Both the position numbers and the translations under genes were made by a program. A stretch of DNA of 64,000 nucleotides from an uncultured Gemmatimonadales bacterium. Its GTDB lineage: Bacteria; Gemmatimonadota; Gemmatimonadetes; Gemmatimonadales; GWC2-71-9. Positions 58,502 to 64,000 of the stretch are shown here, piece after piece; position 1 is the stretch's first letter; each line of letters starts with the position of its first letter. Below the pieces are notes generated by a model that saw only the letters and a list, made by a program, of their open reading frames with translations, was not told the origin of the DNA and did no database searches. Location of the stretch: positions 32,001 to 96,000 of the forward strand of contig CAWHFW010000005.1 in NCBI GenBank assembly GCA_963828735.1, given 5' to 3'.

Positions 58502-61210
58502 TCAACGCTCGATGGTCGTCTGATCGTAGTCGAACTTGAGCTCCGGCAGGTCGGTCAGATAGATCGTGAAGTAGAAAGAGAAGTTGCCGTTCGGATTCTT
58601 CACGAAGTTGAAAGCCGCCCGCCACTCATGCAGCTCGCGCTCGAGCCGCACTACCTGCGACTCGAACTGCCCGTCGGTGATGTTGTACTGCGACGACCAC
58701 GAGAGGGACCAGAATGGCGTCGGCGAGAAGTTGGTGCTGAAGCCGAGGCTCTGCCGGTCGGGCGTGTCCAGCGGGTTGGGAACGCCGAACGGAGGTCGAG
58801 TCCGCGTGAGCTGATAGTTGAAATTCGAGGTGAATGCGTGGCCCGGCCGCCGAATTGGCACCTGGGTGGTCGAGAAGAATGATCCCGGACGAGTATGCCG
58901 CCCCGATTCCGCCACGTACGATGTCGGCACCTCCTCGGGCCTGCCGCCCTTCGACTTGCCGCCAAGCCCGAAGATGGAGCCGATGGCGCGGAAGGTGTTG
59001 GCCGAGATCGCGAAGCTCGCGCTCACATTCTGGAGGAAGGGCTCGAACTTCGACGTGTCGCTTCCGACGGCGCCCCGCCACAGATCGTGTGTCAGGCTGA
59101 GATTGAATCCCGGCAGCAGGTCGCTCAGGATCGAATTGGTGAGGGACTGCGTGGCCCACCCGGTGAAGCCAGGCTTCTTCGCCTGCTCGAAGTCGTAGCT
59201 GACGCCGCTGGTGCTGATGCTGAGCAATCGAATCTTCCGGCTGTTCTCCGCCGAGGTCGTGTCGCCGCTCTTGGGCAGGAACTTTCCTTCGAACGCCTGG
59301 GAGAGCGAGACGGTCAGGCGCTGCTCGGCGTCGCTCCGGAGCTCAACCGGCTGGCCTGGGAGGGCGATCGCCCGCGCGAATTCCTCGGACACGTCGGCGG
59401 CCGGCTGGTAGCTCCAGGTGACGACCGGCGAAAAGCTGTGGCGGATCCGTGCCAAAGGACCGATGCCTGGATAGAACCCGAACAGCGTCGGCGAGCCCGT
59501 CGCCCCGAACCGGAATCGCTTGCCCTGCTGCACCCAGGTGCCGTTCGTGTTGCGGTTCCGGATCGCGAATGTGCCGGTCGTAGCGTTCCCCACCCCGACC
59601 ACAGGCTGAATCTTCCAGCTGCCCCGGAAGAGAACGGGCAGATTGATGCCCGTGTCCCAGTCGAGCGAGCTCTGGAAGTCGCTCAAGAAGGTCCGCTGGA
59701 CGGTGATGCTGTCCGTGGGATCGGGAGTGGCAGGGTTGTCGGTGCGGAACGTCACTACCTCCTGGCCCTCGGACGACTGGTCGGTCACCTGGAGCGAGTT
59801 CGACCAGTTGAACCCGCCGAGTCGGATCGGCGTGTCGAAGCTCAGCGCCGTGATGCGAGAGCTCGCGTCCGTCGCGACCGTGTCGAAGAGCCCGCCCGGG
59901 AGCGCCAGCAGCACCGTGTCCCTGCCCGGGTTGCTGGTCGTGTTGTTCGTGAAGCTCAGCCCCGGCGACCACGAGATGTTCGAGCCCAGCGCGATCGGCA
60001 CGGGCGAGAGAGTCACGGCAGGCAGCAGCTGCTGGACGCTGCCGTCGGTGAGACTCTGGCGCCGGTTGCCGCCCAGCGTCAGGGTGCCCCATGGCAGCCG
60101 CTTCGAATAGTTGAGCGAGCTCGTGATCTGCTGCGTGTTCTGCAGGGGGTCGATCGCGTTCCCCTGGATGACGGTGGTGTTGCTCGCGTAGTTGATGTTG
60201 AAGTTGAGCGACGTGGTCAGATTGAACTGCTGGCTGTGATCCCACCGGAAGCTCAGCCCGGATCCACCTTCGGTCTGCCGCTGCTCGTTGATGCCGATCG
60301 ATCCGCTCATGAACCGGTTCAGCCATCGATATTGGCCGCTCACGCCGTACTGGACGTACCGGTTGGCGAACCAGTCGAGCCGCCCCGTCAGATCCAGATA
60401 GTCGCTTGGCGCCCAGTAGTAGCCGAGGTTGGTGATCTGACGGTTGTAGTTGTCCGTGGGCCGGATCAGGTCGTTGATGCCGAACTGCGGCACCAGGATG
60501 CCCGAGTGCCGCCCCGGCCGCACGTCCTGGAAGATGAACGGCAGCCAGAGGATCGGCACGTCGCGCACGTAGAGAACCACGGGTCGCGCGACCAGGACGT
60601 TTTTCGAGATCCACTTCATCTCGCGCGCGCTGAAGTGGTAGTGCGGCGTGGGCAGATCGCAGCTCGTGATCTGGCTCGAGCCCGCGTAGATGCGGCTCGA
60701 GCTCGAATCCTGGGCGACGTTCCCGCGGAGGAACCAGACGGTCGAGCCTTCGGTGAAGTTGGTCAGCGCCTCGTCCACGATGCCGCGGCGCTTGCAGGTG
60801 TCGTAGCGAATTCCCTCACCGACGAGCACCTGACCGCGGTCGAACAGATGGGGGTTCCCGTCGGCGTCGAGCAGGCAGCTGTCGCGTTGATACCGGATCG
60901 TGTCTGCCTCGAGCAGCGCTCCCTGCCGTTCGGTCAGCGCCTCGCCTTGCAGCAGCACGCGCTCGTCCTTGATGAAGACGGTCGCGGAATCGGCGCGATA
61001 TCGTGTCGACTGATAGCCGTGGCGCGCCTTGAGGTCCGTGAGGACGGAATCATCCGGCGCGAAGCTCCGGCTCGGTCCCGTGGGGATGCCGAGCCGCCCC
61101 GCGGTCGCGCTGTCCAGCGACTGACCCGGCTTTTTCCGGCGGAGGGAGTCCTGAAGCGAATCCGGCACGGCCTGCCGCACCTGCCCCGGCCTCGGCTTTG
61201 CCGGCACTTG
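58502..61210 (-). other. lptD: LptD moiety of the fusion (predicted mature chain from Q269)
   Basis: OstA-like region (YRADS, L.G.A, LEADTIRY), TSCDLPTPHYHF, VLYVRDVPILWLPF, SGILVPQFG, GYYWA, amphipathic beta strands ending RELHEW..F.F..GNFSFYF.I.L. Confidence 0.82.
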
Positions 61211-62014
61211 GGCCTCGGCGCGCGGGACGCCGAAGCCGAGCCCCAGCAGCACCAGTGCCGCCGTGACGGCCGCCTTTCGGCGGCGGCGATGGATGATGAC
61301 CGCACCCGCGTATCCCACCTCGTAGAGGAGGAGCAGCGGAATGGTCATCATGATCATGCTGACGAGATCGGTCCCAGGCGACAGAATGGCCCCGGCGATG
61401 AACGCGGCGACGACCGCGAAGCGCCGGAACCGCGCCAGGTCGGCCGGGCTGATCACCTCGAGCCAGGCCAGGATCACGATGACGAGCGGCAGCTCGAAGG
61501 AGAGCCCGAGGGCCAGCACCACCTGAAGGACGAAGTCGAAGTATGCGTCGTAGGTGATGAATGGCTGGATCGCTTCGGTCTGGAAGCTGAACAGCACGCG
61601 AAGCGCCTGCGGCACGACGAAGACGTAGGCGGCGCCCGCCCCGATGAGAAACAGCACCAGGCCCACGAACAGCGCCGGCACCAGCGCGCGCTTCTCGCGG
61701 GAGTAGAGCGCAGGCGCGAGGAATGCCCACAGCTGCCACAGGATCACCGGCGACGCGAGCACGAGGCCGACGATAAAGCCGAGCTTGAAGACGATCATCA
61801 CCGGCTCGGTGGGGCTCGTGACGATGAGCTTTCCACCTGCGCCGGTGAGATACGGGGCGATCGGCTGCTTGAGGAGATTGACGAGCTGGAACCGCTGGAC
61901 CAGCCACAGGCCGAGCCCGAAGCCGACCACGATGGCGGCGAGCGAGCGGAGAATGCGCCAACGAAGCTCCTCGAGATGATCGAGGAAGGGCATCTCCCCG
62001 GGGGAGCCGGTCAT
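58502..62014 (-). CDS. tatC: TatC fused in frame to LPS-assembly protein LptD (1170 aa)
   Basis: aa 1-242 TatC (EMPFLDHLEELR, SPTEP, QLWAFLAPALY..EK, GLSFELP, AILSPG.D, PL.LLYE), a signal-like linker, then LptD. Confidence 0.9.
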   Translation of the reverse strand: MTGSPGEMPFLDHLEELRWRILRSLAAIVVGFGLGLWLVQRFQLVNLLKQPIAPYLTGAGGKLIVTSPTEPVMIVFKLGFIVGLVLASPVILWQLWAFLAPALYSREKRALVPALFVGLVLFLIGAGAAYVFVVPQALRVLFSFQTEAIQPFITYDAYFDFVLQVVLALGLSFELPLVIVILAWLEVISPADLARFRRFAVVAAFIAGAILSPGTDLVSMIMMTIPLLLLYEVGYAGAVIIHRRRRKAAVTAALVLLGLGFGVPRAEAQVPAKPRPGQVRQAVPDSLQDSLRRKKPGQSLDSATAGRLGIPTGPSRSFAPDDSVLTDLKARHGYQSTRYRADSATVFIKDERVLLQGEALTERQGALLEADTIRYQRDSCLLDADGNPHLFDRGQVLVGEGIRYDTCKRRGIVDEALTNFTEGSTVWFLRGNVAQDSSSSRIYAGSSQITSCDLPTPHYHFSAREMKWISKNVLVARPVVLYVRDVPILWLPFIFQDVRPGRHSGILVPQFGINDLIRPTDNYNRQITNLGYYWAPSDYLDLTGRLDWFANRYVQYGVSGQYRWLNRFMSGSIGINEQRQTEGGSGLSFRWDHSQQFNLTTSLNFNINYASNTTVIQGNAIDPLQNTQQITSSLNYSKRLPWGTLTLGGNRRQSLTDGSVQQLLPAVTLSPVPIALGSNISWSPGLSFTNNTTSNPGRDTVLLALPGGLFDTVATDASSRITALSFDTPIRLGGFNWSNSLQVTDQSSEGQEVVTFRTDNPATPDPTDSITVQRTFLSDFQSSLDWDTGINLPVLFRGSWKIQPVVGVGNATTGTFAIRNRNTNGTWVQQGKRFRFGATGSPTLFGFYPGIGPLARIRHSFSPVVTWSYQPAADVSEEFARAIALPGQPVELRSDAEQRLTVSLSQAFEGKFLPKSGDTTSAENSRKIRLLSISTSGVSYDFEQAKKPGFTGWATQSLTNSILSDLLPGFNLSLTHDLWRGAVGSDTSKFEPFLQNVSASFAISANTFRAIGSIFGLGGKSKGGRPEEVPTSYVAESGRHTRPGSFFSTTQVPIRRPGHAFTSNFNYQLTRTRPPFGVPNPLDTPDRQSLGFSTNFSPTPFWSLSWSSQYNITDGQFESQVVRLERELHEWRAAFNFVKNPNGNFSFYFTIYLTDLPELKFDYDQTTIER

Positions 62015-62033
62015 GCGCAGGCCGCGCCCGGGC

Positions 62034-62843
62034 TTAGCGCCCGAGCGCCTTCAGGCGATCACGTGCCAGGGCGGCCTCGTCCGACTGCGGGTACTTCTGC
62101 ACCACGCGCTGGTAGGCATCCTTGGCCTTGGCGTTGTCCTTCCGCCGCTCGGCGAGAAGGCCCAGGTTGTACAGCGCCGACGGGGCACGGGCCGAGGTGG
62201 GATACTTGTCCACCACCTGCGAGTAGTATTCCGCGGCCGAGTCCGGGTTCTCGGCCGAAAAGCTCTGGCCGATGAAGTAGAGCGCGTCCGGCGCGCGCGA
62301 GCTCGTGGGGTAGGTCCGGAGCAGCTCGCGGAGGCCCAGCCGTGCGGTGCCGGTGCTGCCCCGCCGGAGCTGTGCCAACGAGGCCTCGTACATCGCGTCG
62401 GCGGAGGCGGACGACTGGGCGGCGGGCTGCGCGGTATCTCCGGGCGCGGTCGGCCCCGGTGCCCCGGTCGGACCGCCATCGTTGTTCTGCGCGGCCCGGG
62501 CCTCCAGCTGCGTCCTGAGCTCGCTCAAGCGCTGCTGGCTCTGCCCGGTGAGCTCCTGCAGCTGCACCAGCTGCTGCTGGATGTTGTAGAGGTCCTGGGA
62601 TACGTCGCCCTTGACCTGCGCCACCGTATGGCGGGTCACGGTCAGCGAGTCCATGATCTGGCGCTGCATCTGAATCACCTCACCGAGCTGCGCGGCCCGT
62701 GTGGAGTCGCGACGCAGCGTCTCGGCCCGGAGCAGCGCCACCTCGCCCTGCACCATCTGGATGTCGCCCTTGGAGACGCAGCCCGACAGCCCTCCCGCGG
62801 CCGAGGCGGCCGCGAGCAGGGTGGCGGTCAGGCGTCGAGACAT
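62034..62843 (-). CDS. cpoB: Tol-Pal-associated protein CpoB/YbgF
   Basis: Lipobox LSG-C, coiled coil, TPRs (YPTS..APDALY); directly downstream of pal. Alternative GTG start at 62852. Confidence 0.88.
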   Translation of the reverse strand: MSRRLTATLLAAASAAGGLSGCVSKGDIQMVQGEVALLRAETLRRDSTRAAQLGEVIQMQRQIMDSLTVTRHTVAQVKGDVSQDLYNIQQQLVQLQELTGQSQQRLSELRTQLEARAAQNNDGGPTGAPGPTAPGDTAQPAAQSSASADAMYEASLAQLRRGSTGTARLGLRELLRTYPTSSRAPDALYFIGQSFSAENPDSAAEYYSQVVDKYPTSARAPSALYNLGLLAERRKDNAKAKDAYQRVVQKYPQSDEAALARDRLKALGR

Positions 62844-62848
62844 GGAGC

Positions 62849-63424
62849 TCACTGCGGGGCGACGAGGTGGTCCCCGCCGGCCGTGACCTGGAACTCGTCG
62901 CGGCGATTCTGCGCGTAGGACGTTTCGTCGTGACCCGGGTTGAGGGGACGCTCCTCACCGAAGGAGACGACGTCCATCCGGCTGGCGTCGATGCCCTTGT
63001 TCTCGAGGTAACGCTTGGCCGCCGCGGCGCGACGGTTGCCGAGGGCAAGGTTGTACTCGTCCGAGCCGCGTTCGTCCGCGTGGCCGCTGATCTGGATCTT
63101 CACGCTCGGGTTGGCGCCGAGGATGGACGCCTTCCGATCGAGCGTGGCCTGATCGGTTGACCGGATGACCGACTGGTCGTACTCGAAGTTGATCATAGCC
63201 GCCAGATCCGCCGCGACCGCCTTCGCGCGCTCGGCCGCCGCGTTGGCCGCCGCGATCGAATCCGCGCGCCGCTGCTCGGCGCTGTTATCGACCGGCGCCG
63301 GCTCGGGCGCGGGCGGGGCCTGGGTCGTAGTGTCGGGGGCAGGCTGTTCGGGCGCGGGCTTCCCACCGCAAGCGGTAGCGAGCCCGGCGGTGGCCAGGAC
63401 CAACAACAGGGTAGTGGCGCGCAT
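62849..63424 (-). CDS. pal: Peptidoglycan-associated lipoprotein Pal
   Basis: Lipobox ATA-C, F.YD.S, GHADERGSDEYNLALGNRRA, SFGEERP, NRR. Confidence 0.96.
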   Translation of the reverse strand: MRATTLLLVLATAGLATACGGKPAPEQPAPDTTTQAPPAPEPAPVDNSAEQRRADSIAAANAAAERAKAVAADLAAMINFEYDQSVIRSTDQATLDRKASILGANPSVKIQISGHADERGSDEYNLALGNRRAAAAKRYLENKGIDASRMDVVSFGEERPLNPGHDETSYAQNRRDEFQVTAGGDHLVAPQ

Positions 63425-63443
63425 CAGGACTCCACGTTCGAGG

Positions 63444-64000
63444 TTAGGGGGTGACCGCGGTCCGACTCAGGCGGCGGGACCACGCAGGGAGCCGCGCCGC
63501 GCCAGGTGATCTCAGCTGGCGAACGCGGCCCGTCTCGACGTCAATGACCCAGAGCTGTCGGGCGCCGCTCCGGTCAGAGACGAAGGTGATATGACGGCCG
63601 TCGGGCGCCCAGGTGGGGTCCTCGTTGCGGCCGGACGACGTGAGCTGCCGGACCCGTCGCCCCGCCACGTCGACGAGGAACAGCTGGGGGCTGCCGGTGA
63701 CCTCACGATGGAACACGACGTTGGCCCCGTCGGGCGACCACTCCGGGGCGTTGGAGCTGCCCGTCGCGCCGAAATCGAACGGCGCGAGCAGTTCCTGATC
63801 GGTCCCGTCGGCGGCCATGACGTAGACTTGGGGCGGTCCCGCCCGCGTGGATACGAACGCGATGCGGCGGCCATCTGGAGAAAACGTTGGAGATAAGTTG
63901 TCCGCGTAGCGTCCCACGGTCAAGCGTTGCGCGCAGCAGCGATCGGCGATGTTCGCGAGGAAAATATCCGTCCCGGTCTCGTCCGAGTGCGCGTACGCGA
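63444..64000 (-). CDS. tolB: TolB (C-terminal part; 5' end outside the window)
   Basis: PD40 repeats PTFSPDG, PEWSPDG, PTWAPDG, PAWS; upstream of pal. Confidence 0.92.
   Translation of the reverse strand, partial: AYAHSDETGTDIFLANIADRCCAQRLTVGRYADNLSPTFSPDGRRIAFVSTRAGPPQVYVMAADGTDQELLAPFDFGATGSSNAPEWSPDGANVVFHREVTGSPQLFLVDVAGRRVRQLTSSGRNEDPTWAPDGRHITFVSDRSGARQLWVIDVETGRVRQLRSPGAARLPAWSRRLSRTAVTP

Noticed and set aside
109..62275. Long plus-strand ORFs such as 109-1737, 43275-45449, 53491-56100 and 58895-62275
   Set aside because: Antisense shadows of real minus-strand genes, expected at ~70% GC; no family motifs.

Overview
High-GC (~70%) bacterial chromosomal segment, most likely Gemmatimonadota (inferred from gene content and order), almost entirely coding and mostly on the minus strand. 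1-23.8 kb: a Wzx/Wzy surface-polysaccharide cluster. It contains a WlbA/DegT/PglC/CapD-type amino-sugar set, four transferases, three methyltransferases, and an unusual ulosonic-acid module (NANS-like NeuB, HAD phosphatase, SDR, aldehyde dehydrogenase, NeuA, transketolase). 24-64 kb: housekeeping genes (divergent aceA, hflX, rarA, cca, gmhA, alaS, recX-recA, ftsK, accC-pilT-accB, pepP, aroQ, ppiD/surA-like, tatA, hutH, cpoB-pal-tolB). Most notable: (1) one 1170-aa ORF fusing TatC to LptD through an internal signal-peptide-like linker; (2) a candidate pathway that remodels a sialic-acid-like sugar; (3) efp reduced to a 39-codon, PP-containing mini-ORF coupled to accB; (4) a structured hflX leader with a probable ATT start; (5) a perfect Rex-consensus operator at aceA and a candidate SOS box at recA. 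Indels clustered at 25.2-28.5 kb look like sequencing error. I saw no tRNA, rRNA, CRISPR or IS elements. All calls come from reading motifs by eye; no searches were run.
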